A stretch of 64,000 nt of DNA. Source: the human T2T-CHM13v2.0 reference genome, Homo sapiens. Below are positions 52,637-64,000 of the stretch, in pieces. The stretch lies in NCBI RefSeq assembly GCF_009914755.1, contig NC_060929.1. One strand, given 5' to 3'. The translations under genes and the position numbers were made by a program. Within the stretch, counting starts at the first letter, position 1; each line of letters starts with the position of its first letter. The notes beneath the pieces were generated by a model, which saw only the letters and a program-made list of their open reading frames with translations, was not told where the DNA came from and searched no databases.

Positions 52637-54361
52637 TCCATTTTTCCTCTTAGATTTGTTTATATTTTGTGTTGTTTTATTTTTAATTCTCAAACCATTG
52701 ATTAGAGAACTCTAGAAGACTGCAGAAGACTGCAGTTTTGGCATTTTGGTGATGGGTTCTAAACTTTAATTAGATTAATTTTGGAAGACACCTTTTTAGG
52801 GGTGATGTGGAAGGAAGATAAAAAACGAATCCTTTTTTTTTTTTGGCCATTTGAAGGTCATGGGATTCACTAGAGAGTGTCTCTCGAGGCTGACAGTGTA
52901 AACTCAAACATGTGACTTTGCAGGTCTCAATAATGAATTTTCAGTGGTTATGGAAAGGACAGGTGTCAGTGTCAATCCAGACAGAAATGAAATATAGATA
53001 GATAAAGTGAGGGGCTGGTTTTCCTGGTCTGAATTCACTGCTCAAGTAATCTATCTTCTGAAAAAAAAAACAACAACAGAGATTAAATCTTTAAAGACTT
53101 CTAGGTAACAAGGAAAATAAAAAATTAATCCCATTCTGATGGTCTAGAAAGTTTGAGAGGAAAAAGTATTTCTCAGTCTATAAAATTATTTTCCCAATTC
53201 TCATATTTCCTTAAATTAATACTGAGTACTGGAAATCATGATTTATGTGTATTTGCACTTACTTTTTAGCATTGTATGGCATAACTGTTGATATCTTTTA
53301 CATTTTCACATGTAACTGATTATCTGCAAAATATTTAATGTTTTAGAAAAGTATACTTAATTATGCTGCAATGCACAGTTAGTCCAAGCTGTTTTTGTTT
53401 ATAAATATTAATTCTTCATATTGTTTTTAGGTTTGATACCACAGTCCAGAATATGGAAGGTGGGTTTTTTGGTAATTCAGGAATAGTGAATGTTGCTGGC
53501 AGGTGAGTGTGGGACATGCCTTTTCCTTTCACAAGAATCTTGCTCATCTAAAGTGAGGCTGCATTAAGAAATGTGTCTGAAGTTTCACACAGGAGGCTGA
53601 TGACAAGGTGGAAGGCCATAGTGTAGTCTGTTTTCACAGAAATTTAGCATTTCTCATGTTGGGTTACAATCATTAGTTTCTAATTATTCCATGTACATTC
53701 CATGTTCTGGAAACACTACTTTGTATTTCTGGTATGCTTTTGTGAGTGTGACTAGAACTGCAGGCTGTGGCTTCCAGCCTGTATCCTTCATTGAACTAAG
53801 AAGGTATAAATAAGTGATATGATGCTATGCTGATAAATAAGGATGAAAATACAAATGGTTGGTGTCACCAATGCTACGAACATTTCAGAAACAAGTTCCA
53901 TCTTTAAATACTTGCTATTATCCTTACGAAAGTTAGTCAGAACCATGCATAGCCATATCAGAGCAGATTATAGTTCTGTTTGGATTTTTTAAAAATAACT
54001 TATCAAAAGATTGAGTTCTATTTTCATCATACTCAAATTAGTGACTTTTTCATATTTCTATATAACCAATGATATATATAAAGGAAGTAAAAGTAATAAG
54101 AAGAGTATAACAGTGGTTGCCAAGAACAGAGATATGGGGGTGCGGCAGGGGGATGTAGCTCTATGGGTACTAAGCTGCTGTAATGCAGGATAAGTCTTGA
54201 TTTCTAATGTATACCATGGGGACTATGGTTAACAATCTGTATTGTATACTGGGAATTTGCTAAGGTAGTAGACCTTAGTTACTTTTTCCTTACTAACAGA
54301 AATAAGGTAGCTATGGGGGCAATGGTTGTGCTAATTTGACTATTGATCAATTTGCTATGTA

Positions 54362-54585
54362 TTACATTGGTGCAAAAGTAATTGCAGTTTTTGCCATTAA
54401 AAGTAATGCAAAACATTAGGTATATCTAATGTTAAATGACGAGTTACTGGGTGCAGCACACCAACATGGCACATGTATACATATGTAACTAACCTGCACG
54501 TTGTACATATGTACCCTAAAACTTAAAGTATAATAATAATAAAAAAGAGTAATGCAAAACAACAATTACTTCTGCACCAACCTAA
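54362..54585. mobile_element. MADE1 (Hsmar1-derived mariner MITE), split by an L1PA insertion
   Basis: TTACATTGGTGCAAAAGTAATTGC ... CAATTACTTCTGCACCAACCTAA inverted repeats, flanked by TA at 54360-54361 and 54586-54587. Confidence 0.93.
54415..54544 (+). mobile_element. Short young L1PA 3' end inside MADE1
   Basis: GGGTGCAGCACACCAACATGGCACATG...CCCTAAAACTTAAAGTATAATAAT. TSD AAAAGTAATGCAAAAC (54399-54414) / AAGAGTAATGCAAAAC (54545-54560). Confidence 0.95.
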
Positions 54586-54663
54586 TATATCAAAGCATCA
54601 TGTTGTACATCTTAAATATATACAAAATATAAAAACAATTATAGAAATTATTATATTACCACA

Positions 54664-55042
54664 TATTACGGGCTGAATTATGCTCCCCATTCATATATTG
54701 AAGGCCTAACCCCCAATACTATAGAATGTGACTGTATTTAGCGATAGCGTCTTTAAGAGGCAAATAGGTAAATGACATTATTAGGATGAGCCCTAATCCA
54801 ATATGACTGGTGTCCTTATAAGTAAAAGAGATTAGGAGGACACAGACACACAGAGAAGATCATACGAAGGTGCAGGAAACAGCAGGCACCTGTAAGTCAA
54901 GCAGAAAGGCTTCAGGAGAAACAAACCTTGCCAACACCTTGATCTCTGACCTAGTCGCCAGAGCTATGAGCAAGTACACTTCTGCTGTTTATATCCCTCA
55001 GTCTGTAATACTTTGTGATGACAGCTCTTACAAACTAATGCA
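54664..55042 (+). mobile_element. MLT1B-like MaLR solo LTR
   Basis: GGGCTGAATT, AGAATGTGACTGTATTT, CCCTAATCCAATATGACTGGTGTCCTTATAAG, TGCCAACACCTTGATCT, AAACTAATGCA end. Confidence 0.88.
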
Positions 55043-57146
55043 ATATACCTGTCTCTTGAAAACCAGGACCACAGCTCCCAGAGCTAAGCGAAGAATGGAA
55101 TATGTAGTCTCAACAACTACCATTTCTTCTTGCCAGTTTGCTAGGAAAATTAATAGCACTGGCAATGATTTCACAACCTGCATATTGAATTGTGTCACAC
55201 AAGATATTTTAGCATTTTAAATTTATTTGTTCATATTTTAATTAATATATCTTTCAAATACATTTAGAACTAACTAAAATTTAAAAGCATCACTACTATT
55301 TTTCTTTAATTCTTGTATTATGTTTTCCTTATCTGATCTCCTCTTTATTATCTAGGTTGCAAGTTTACATTTTTGTCAAACCCTTGGATTTCAGAAATGT
55401 TTCAGCAGGGATGAACTGTAGAAACCAGAGTCTCAACTAGTTGTATGTTTGCAAACATATAGCTTATAAAGTAAGCTTACATTCAAGGTAACATAGGTTA
55501 TGAGAGTTAGCAAGTTTATTTTGTCTTCAACTCTTTTCTAACATTGAGCATTAAAATTGGCCACAGGAAGGAAACTTTTGAATAAGAAAGGAAGAAGTTG
55601 GAAAGAGGCAAAAGTAGAATGAGGAAAAGGCACTTTGGTATATGCATATTAAAACAAAGGCAATTTTGAACAATAATTTTCAAAATGACTTCATTCCTTC
55701 ATTCTTTTTAGAATTCCTATAACATTTTTGTCATGTAGACGTTTTTACATATTTGGAAATATTCTGTAAACATTTGTTCATTGTCTCCATGAAAACTGGT
55801 TTTTAACCATGTAGAAGCTTTTGCATAAAAAAAATAGAGGCAAGATGGATTTTTAAACAACATAAGCTACAAACATTAAGTATAAGGCTCACTGATTGTT
55901 AACTTGTAATTTGTGGATCATATGTTGATTTTTGCCTGTGGGATTAGGAAAGCAGTAGGTAGCACATGTGCTATTGATTACTTTCTTCAAGTAGTTGTTT
56001 TTTTTTTCAATTACTTCTGAGTTGTACACTTTTTTTTCTGACCTTCAGAGTAATTTATAATCAATACCTACTTAGCAGGAAAAAAAATCCCTGGATATTT
56101 AGTGTATAATAACTTCAGTGTTCAAAGTCAATTGACCATTATAACATGACCCAGGGCTAAATGAAGTGTTAGAAAAAAGGATGTTAGTCCAGTTTGTTAG
56201 GCCTGTTAGCACGAGTAGTTTTTCCATTAAAGTGGTTCTGTGAGCTTCTAAATTATGAAGGCTGCCACATGCTGTTTCTTTTTCTGATAGCTGCCTTTTT
56301 CGACAAATAACAATTAATTCTGTAGTTTTATCTTGGTATTATAAAGGGCTACTATTACCACAGATAAACTGTATTGGAAAAACCAGTTAATACTGAAAAA
56401 ATTATAAATGTATAGGTCATTTCTAAAATGAAATAGATCATATTTACATTTTTCTAGATTTCCATTGAGTAAAATAATATTCTGTGTATATATAATTCTA
56501 AAATGTGATTTAGGGTATTATTAAAATTCTACTTTTTTATTTAAAAAAGTCTTCTTGAATTTTGAGTAGTAATTTTACATTTATTTATATTCATTCATTC
56601 AATAATTTGTTTTGAATGCCAACTACAGAACAGGTTGTCTTTCAGCTTCTAACATTATTATTAAATTATATCAAATTCCATTAAAAATGATTTAAATTGA
56701 ACTAAAATAAGTATTTGATCATTCATCTAAACATTAGACTTCCTGGATTATTACAATGGGTCCCTGATGAATCAGCTGATGTACCTCAATTTTACTTCTG
56801 TTGCAGACATGTAATAGCTCCAATATTGATCACAGATTAATAAGGTGGATTACAGGAGAAGGACCTGATTTAGTAAGGATATGGCAAAGTGGTTTAATCC
56901 ATGCAAGCATGTGAAAAGATTTTTTTTTTTCCCAGAAAACCATCAACACTTATGGAACAAAAGAGACTTACTAGTTCCAAATTTACGCAGAGTATTTTAG
57001 GATCAGAAAATAGCCACCTGAATAAAATAATTTTAAAAATATATATTATTTACAAAGAGAAAGACACATAATCAGATTATAAAAAACTGGGCAGAGAATA
57101 TGGGAATGGGAAGAGGTATCATCTCAGTTTTTAGAATAAAGATATT

Positions 57147-58326
57147 CATATTTTCAGGGTATAATACGGTACTGTTGACTATAGGTACGACATCATACAG
57201 CAGAGCGCTAGAACTTACTCATCTTGTTTAACTGAAACTTTATACCCTTTCATTAGTAACTCCCCTTTTCTCCCTACCTCCAGGCAGTGGTGATCTTTAT
57301 TCCACTTTTTAATTCTAATTTGATTACTTCAGTTACCTCATGTAAGCTAAATCAAGCAGTATTTGTCTTTCTGTGACTGGCATTTTTTACTTAGCATAAA
57401 GTACATAAGGTGCATCCATATGATGACATATTACAGAATTTCTCTTTTTTAAGGCTGAATAATATTTCATTGTGTGTGTATCACACACATATGTAGTATA
57501 TTTTATACTGTATATATACAGTGTATTTATGTATATATAACTATATATTTATAGCTATATAGATATATATATCACATTTTCTTTATTCATCTATTGATAG
57601 ACATTTACATTGTTCTCAGTGGTCAACTATTGTGAATAATGTTGCAATAAACAGGAGTGCTGATATCGCCTCAAGATCCTGACTTCTATTCTTTTGGATA
57701 AATACTCAGAAGTGGGATGACTGCATTATGTGATAATTCTATTTTTAATTTTTTAAAGAATCCCTGTACTTTTTTCTATAGTGGCTGCATCATTTTGCAT
57801 TTTCACCAACAGTGTAAAAGGCTTCCAATTTCTTCACATACTTGTGAACATTTAGTGTCTCTCTCTTTTTCTATGATAGCCATTTTGACAGGTGTGAGGT
57901 AATGTCTTTGTGGTTTTAATTATAAGATCTGAAACTAACAGTCTAGAAGGAAACATAGGTGAACAGATTTCTAAAATTGGTATTGGCAGTGATTTCATGG
58001 ATGTCACACAAAAAGCTCAGGTAGCAAAAGCAAAAATGGAAAAGGGGACTACATCAAACCAAAAAGTTTCTGCCACAGCAAAGGAAAAAAATCAGCTGAG
58101 TGCACAGGCAATCCATGGAAGGGAGAAAATATTTGCAAACCATGCAATTGATAAAAGACTAATATTCAAAATATATAAGAAACTCCTGCAATTCCACAGC
58201 AAAAAAGAAACAAGTAATTAAAAATTAGCCTAAAGACTTGAATAGACATTTCTTCAAAGAAAATATACAAATAGCCAACAGGTATATGAAAAAATGTTCA
58301 AGGTCACTAATCATCAGAGAAATGCA
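57147..58326 (-). mobile_element. L1MA-like element with 5' inversion (57147-57920 minus; 57921-58326 plus)
   Basis: Antisense L1MA 3' UTR/ORF2 end to GTGGTTTTAATT, then sense ORF2 (TAAGATCTGAAACT...ATCAGAGAAATGCA). Confidence 0.88.
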
Positions 58327-59586
58327 TTTTTAAAATAAAAGTATTTCTACTGAATGTCTCATGTGACTTAGACACAGTGACAGGGGCTGAGCACCCACAT
58401 ATAAGTGACACATGGGCCTGAAATTCAAGGAGTCTCCATGTATGTTTCTCACTTCACATTTTTAGAAAAATAAACAAAGTTGAATTGTAAAGAATACATT
58501 TCTCAAATGGTATTTAGTTCATTGCTAGTGTTATTTACCGAGAAAACTTTCTAAGATGACCCCAAGATGCCAGCTGTTCTGTTCTTAGATTCTAGCTCTG
58601 ATTTCCTGGGGTGCAAAATTATTTTTCATACACAATTGCCATAAAACCTGTTGATTAAAAGGCAAAAATGCAGGTATTAAATGGAATTTTATTGTTTGTG
58701 AAAATCAAGTACAAATTGAAGAGAGAATTTGTGTCTAAGTACCTCTCAGATCTACCCACGTGTACAGTGAGTGTTCTGTCCTAGGTACACCTATACCACA
58801 CATGACCAGATGAAGCCATGGAAAAGACGGGTGTACACTGTGGCTATTTACCAAAACTATCCTATCTTATTTTACTGCAATAATTAAAAATAACAGTCTA
58901 GTAAAGAATAGCTCTGGAACACACACTAAGACTGACTGAACATGTGAAAGTAGGCATGAGAAGGACTTTGTGGACAGACTTGGGATCATGGTGTCCCTCA
59001 ACATCCCTTTGCAGTGATTGATGTTCCTGTTGGGAGTCTTGCCTTGTAGTCTGACCTTGAACTTGTGTGGAGAGGCAGACAGGTGGTTTTGCTTTTGAAA
59101 GTTTGGTGTGAGCAAATATTAGCAAATGTGATCTAAAATTGTGCTGTTTACATAGGTATAAGGCAAGAAGACTTTGGTCTCCTGGTTTCTTGAGCTGTGT
59201 GGTGACCATCTGTTTGCATAGGGCTTGGCTACTCTTTCCAGGGAGGCAGGGATGTGCACAGTAGGACTTAAGCAAAAGCACACAGGCTGAACGCAGCTGA
59301 TATGCGTAAAGAGGTGGAGTCGGAGGTTCTCTTCAAAGGCATGGGGGCCATGCAACCCTCAGTTGGTGATTGGAGTGCAAGAGTTGGGAGCAGAAGGCAG
59401 AGACAAATGCCAGACACTTAGGCAGGCTCAGCCAAGCAGTCTGTTTTGTTTGTTTCACCTGAGACAATCACAGTGAGTGCAAACAGAAGATAAACACACA
59501 AAACAAACAAAAACAGACTTCAATCTACTCAGAGTTTGATTTAGAGGAAAGTATAAGACAGCCTTAATAAAAGAACTATTTTCCAC

Positions 59587-59757
59587 ACCGGGGACTGTTG
59601 TGGGGTGGGGGGAGGGGGGAGGGATAGCATTAGGAGATATACCCAATGCTAAATGATGGGTTAATGGGTGCAGCACACCAACATGGCACATGTATACATA
59701 TGTAACAAACCTGCATGTTGTGCACATGTACCCTAAAACTTAAAGTATAATTTAAAA
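59587..59757 (+). mobile_element. Young L1PA (L1PA3-like) 3' end
   Basis: ACCGGGGACTGTTGTGGGGTGG...AAAGTATAA plus A-tail. Perfect 18-bp TSD AAAAGAACTATTTTCCAC (59569-59586, 59758-59775). Confidence 0.96.
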
Positions 59758-60628
59758 AAAAGAACTATTTTCCACCATGTACTAGAAAATTTTCTCAGAA
59801 ATACACTAGAAGAAAATTTCACTGATGTCCTGAATGAACTGAATCTACTAACTAAAGAACCCAACACAAAAGAGGGGAGGCCCTCCTGGTTGGTAGGAAG
59901 AGATCAGCTGATGACCTCTGAATTCCAAGCACGGTTAAAACAGTATAAGAAAATAATTTCAAACGTTATGCTTATGATAATTCTGTTTCTTTTCATTATG
60001 CATTTTTACTAAATTTAAGTAACTGCTTTGGAATAAGATACATGATAATGAAAGGAAAATATAAGCAAAGGAGGAAAAAATGAGGCCTGTTGTGAGAGCT
60101 AAGAGCAGTTCAGTTGGTCATGAAACTAGATGTTAGTAAGTCTCATTGGCATAGCCTGGCTTGTAAGGTGGGCTGCAGAGAGATTGTGGAGGACTTTTAA
60201 CATTAGGTCCACAAGTTTGTTCTTGATTATGGGACTATCGAAAGTTTCTACTGGTACAATCTCACTCATTTAGTCATTTGTTAAATAACCTTTTGCTGAG
60301 CTTTTTTTTTTTGCACAACATGGAGTGAGGACAAAGGGAAGAAACTCAAAGTCCCCACTCCCATGAAGCCTTGAGTCTAGTAAAGTATACAAAAAGGTGA
60401 ACATATGGTGAAAGTTCATGTGTTCAGGATTAATGTGCAGACAAGAATAGGAGCATTGGGTGGGTGGGGACGAGCTCCCCAGAGACTCATCTGAATAACA
60501 TGTGTCCTGTGCTTTCCAAAAGTAGCCCTGACCCACGGCTTCAGGTATATTGACTCATTCAGCCTGCAAAGCGCCCTGTATTAGACAGAGTTCTCCAGAG
60601 AGACAGAACCGATAGAATGAATGGATGA

Positions 60629-60688
60629 TTAGATAGATGATAGATAGACAGATAGATAGATAGCTAGATAGATAGATAGATGGATAGA
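60629..60688. repeat. (GATA)n imperfect tetranucleotide STR
   Basis: Seen directly. Confidence 0.92.
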
Positions 60689-61086
60689 GTGGTGGTTTAT
60701 TAGGGTAACTGGCTCATACAATTATAGCTGGGAAGTTCCAAGCTGGAGAACCAGGGACACCAACAGCGTGGCCCAGTCTAAGTCTGAAAGCCTCAGAACC
60801 AGGGAAGCCAACGGCATAATGCTCATTCTGAGACTGAAGGCCTGAGGATCCAAGGTGCCACTGGTGTAAATCCCAGAGTCTGCAGGCTGTAAAACCTGGA
60901 GTTCTGATGTTCAAGGGAAGATAAGGAGAGTATCTCAGCTTCAGGAGAGAGACAGAGAAAATTCTTCTCTCATTTTCTGTTCTATTTGGGCTCCCCAGCT
61001 GATTGTATGGTACCTGCCCATATTGAGAGTGTATCTTCCCTGCTTAATCCACTGACTTACGTGTCAATCTCCTCTGGAAACATGTC

Positions 61087-61479
61087 ACAAACACCACACA
61101 CACAGACACACACACAGACACACACACATACACACACACATCACACACACAGACACACACATACACACACACACCACACACATACACACAGACACACACC
61201 ACACACAGACACACACACACATACACACACAGACACACACACCACACACACATACACACACAACACACACATATACACACAAACGCACATACACACACCA
61301 CACACGCAGACACACACACATACACACACCACACACACATACACACACACCACACAGACACACACACACACAGACACACATACACACACAGACACACACA
61401 CCACACACAGACACACACAGACACACACACACCACACACACACCACACACACAGACACACACACACATACACACACACA
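61087..61479. repeat. About 390-bp interrupted (CA)n tract
   Basis: CA repeats interspersed with CAGA, CATA and CCA. Confidence 0.97.
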
Positions 61480-61551
61480 AGTCATGCTTTGCCAGTTCTC
61501 TAGGTATTCCTTAATCCAGTCAAGTTCACACCTAAAATGAGCCAGCACGGA

Positions 61552-61660
61552 CCCATGACCCAGCTGAGAAAACGTCACAGAAAGGTTGGGTGACTTGCTC
61601 AGGATGATTCAGCCAGTCAGCAGTGCAGATGGACTCTGAACACAGAATGCACACAGTAGA
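61552..61660 (-). mobile_element. MIR fragment
   Basis: CAGCTGAGAAAAC...CAGAAAGGTTGGGTGACTTGCTCAGG...GCAGATGGACTCTGAAC. Confidence 0.6.
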
Positions 61661-62531
61661 CCCGAGAGCACCTTGTGTTCATTCTGTTTCACATCCCGTA
61701 TCAAATGGCAGATAACTGAAGAAATTTAATTCATGTTAATATGGAGAACTTTGATTGTAAATATAAGTTTTAGAGGTGCCGGTAAAGATAAATTTGACAA
61801 TTTTTGATGGTATATATGCTACAGCCAGAGGTCAACACCAACTTTTGAGGAAAATATTAAAGAAAATAAAATTATCATAGTTGAATTTTTCCTTCAATAT
61901 TTAATATCTCTTTTGTTTCCACTATTGTTTTGAAAGAATTGAAATTCGAAGCTATTTGTAAAGATGTACATTGTTTTTAACCAAATATATTATTATTTAT
62001 TTCTGCTGGATATATCTAAAGCTTTTAAGGACTACATATAAACATATGTATGAAAGAAGGAGATATGTGAATCTCCTTTATGTATGAAAGAAGGAGATAT
62101 GTGAATCTGAAATTGGTTACAGTTTTTTGGAAAACACTAACATTTCCACTGCTGAGACCTACAATGAATCCAGACAGTGGGTGCTGAATCAGAGGAAAAG
62201 ACACATTTCCTGAAAGTTCAGGGGGATAAGTTGTTGGGTTTACAAAGTGCCTGTCCCCAAGTTATCCTATCTGCTTCTCTTGTCAGTCCTACAAGGTACA
62301 GCATTGAATTTCATTACCTCCACATGACAGATGTGGAACAGGAAATTATGAAGGATAGAGTTTTTTGGGTTTTTTTTGTCCCCCAGATTGTGTAGCTCAG
62401 TAAGGGGCATAGAGACCAGAGACAGGGTTGTGGAGAGGAGCCCCTGAGAATGAAGCCAGTCTATAGAACATGCTGGTGAGCTAAGTCTGGCTCACTGCAT
62501 GCAGGCTGCATTGAAAATTCTACCGTGTGCT

Positions 62532-63005
62532 CATATGTTTATTGCGGCACTATTCACAACAGCAAAGACTTGGAACCAACCCAAATGTCCATCAATGATA
62601 GACTGGATTAAGAAAATGTGGCACATATACACCATGGAATACTACGCAGCCATAAAAAAGGATGAGTTCAGTCCTTTGTAGTGACATGGATGAAGCTGGA
62701 AACCATCATTCTGAGCAAACTATCGCAAGGACAGAAAACCAAACACCGCATGTTCTCACTCATAGGTGGGAACTGAACAATGAGAACACTTGGACACAGG
62801 AAGGGGAACATCACACACCAGGGCCTGTCGTGGGGTGGGGGGAGGGGGTAGGGATAGCATTAGGAGAAATACCTAATGTAAACGAGGAGTTAATGGGTGC
62901 AGCAAACCAACATGGCACGTGTATACATACGTAACAAACCTGCACTTTGTGCACATGTACCCTAGAACTTCAAGTATAATAAAAAAAATTAAAATAAAAT
63001 AAAAA
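62532..63005 (+). mobile_element. L1PA5-like 5'-truncated L1
   Basis: ORF2 C-terminus (MFIAALFTTAKTWNQPKCPSMIDWIKKMW), 3' UTR, A-tail. 19-bp TSD GAAAATTCTACC(G/A)TGTGCT (62513-62531, 63006-63024). Confidence 0.96.
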
Positions 63006-63064
63006 GAAAATTCTACCATGTGCTAAAGAACTTCTGGTTGAAAAAAACACATTGTATTGTATTG

Positions 63065-63627
63065 TATATTTTATTTCTAAACTTTTAGTTTTGAGGGGTA
63101 CATATACAGGTTGGTTCTATAGATAAACTGCGTGTCGTGGGGGTTTGTTGGACATATTATTTCATCACCCAATTAATAAACATAGTACCCAATAGGTAGT
63201 TTTTCAATCCTCACCCTCCTCCTACCCTCCACCCTCAATTAGGTCTGGTATCCATTGTTCCCTTCTTTGTGTCCATATGTACTCAATATTTAGCTCCCAT
63301 TTACAAGTGAGCACATGCAGTCTTTGGTTTTCTGTTCCTGCATTAGTTTGCTTAGGCTAATGGCCTCCAGCTCATCCAAGTTGCTGCAAAATACATTATC
63401 TCATTTGTTTTATGGCTATGCAGTGTTCCTTGGTGTATATGTACCACATTTTCTTTATCTAGTCTGCCATTGATGGGCATTTACCTTGATTCCATGTTCT
63501 TTGCTATTGTGAATATTGCTGTTTGGCCACTGTAGAAAGCAGTTTGGTGATTTCTCAAGGAAATTAGAGCTACCATTTGGCCCAGCAGTCTTGTTATTGG
63601 GTATATACCAAAGGAATATAAATCATT
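63065..63627 (-). mobile_element. Older L1PA (PA13-15-like) 3' end with 5' inversion (63065-63520 minus; 63521-63627 plus)
   Basis: Antisense 3' UTR to TTGTGAATATTGCT, then sense GGCCACTGTAGAAAGCAGTTTGG...GGAATATAAATCATT. Confidence 0.88.
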
Positions 63628-64000
63628 ATATTATTTTAAAATACCAATTAGAATTTGTAATTACAAGATTTTGGTCAGTCTTTTGGAAAAGAAACTTATG
63701 GTTTAACACCATTCAAATATTATAATTTATTGTGTCCAAACTCCTGTGTAGCTACGCTATACTCTATTACAGGCTTAAAGAGAGATTTTAATCTCAGCCA
63801 TAGCAGAGAATGTGTTTTCTTGTTTCAGCTATAAATTGGACCCAAGCACAATGTTTAAGGGCCAATGTATGTTTTTATAACAACTCCACAAATATAAATT
63901 CTGCATGCTAGTGTGTCATACTGGCTTCAAGGGAAATAGTAGCATTCAATAACTTTGGGATATGTTCTTTATAAAAATTGCTCTTCATTGTGAACATTTC

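Larger units (their letters stand above)
54100..54640 (+). mobile_element. L1MA-like 3' end, interrupted by MADE1
   Basis: AGTGGTTGCCA, GACTATGGTTAACAAT.TGTATTGTATACT...AATTTGCTAAG; resumes ATCAAAGCATCATGTTGTACATCTTAAATATATACAA. Confidence 0.8.
60577..61549 (-). mobile_element. MLT2B-like ERVL solo LTR containing expanded (GATA)n and CA-rich tracts
   Basis: TGTATTAG...GTTCTCCAGAGAGACAGAACC start; AATCCAGTCAAGTTCACACCTAAAAT end. Confidence 0.9.

Noticed and set aside
59600-59625. G-quadruplex-like G-runs
   Set aside because: Standard L1 3' UTR polypurine tract, present in all such copies.
60986-61578. Long ORFs (184, 145, 144, 131 aa) rich in T/H or V/C
   Set aside because: Translations of the CA/TG tract; no coding complexity.

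Overview
Primate (human-like) non-coding genomic DNA, identified by Alu, THE1/MST, L1PA and MADE1 content. I find no credible protein-coding gene, RNA gene or CpG-island promoter. The ORF-track entries are explained by repeats (Alu, L1, CA tracts) or by chance. The window is AT-rich and dense in LTR retroelements (about 19-20 MaLR, ERVL and ERV1 elements), with only 4 Alus, several L1 3' ends (three with twin-priming inversions), L2/MIR relics, small DNA transposons (MER63, MER81, MADE1) and long low-complexity tracts. I see no evidence for a new multi-gene biological system. The most notable signals are structural. (1) A near-complete MLT1 provirus carries a 150-bp inverted copy of its own LTR plus a 3x12-bp junction repeat, consistent with a templated insertion. 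(2) There is a triple nesting of L1MA > MADE1 > L1PA. (3) A CpG-retaining unique segment lies between an L1 3' end and a poly-T run (possible 3' transduction). (4) A small duplication appears fold-back templated. (5) There is a 700-bp TA tract, a C-rich minisatellite and one candidate 72-nt exon. Subfamily names come from my recall of consensus sequences and need RepeatMasker/Dfam confirmation.
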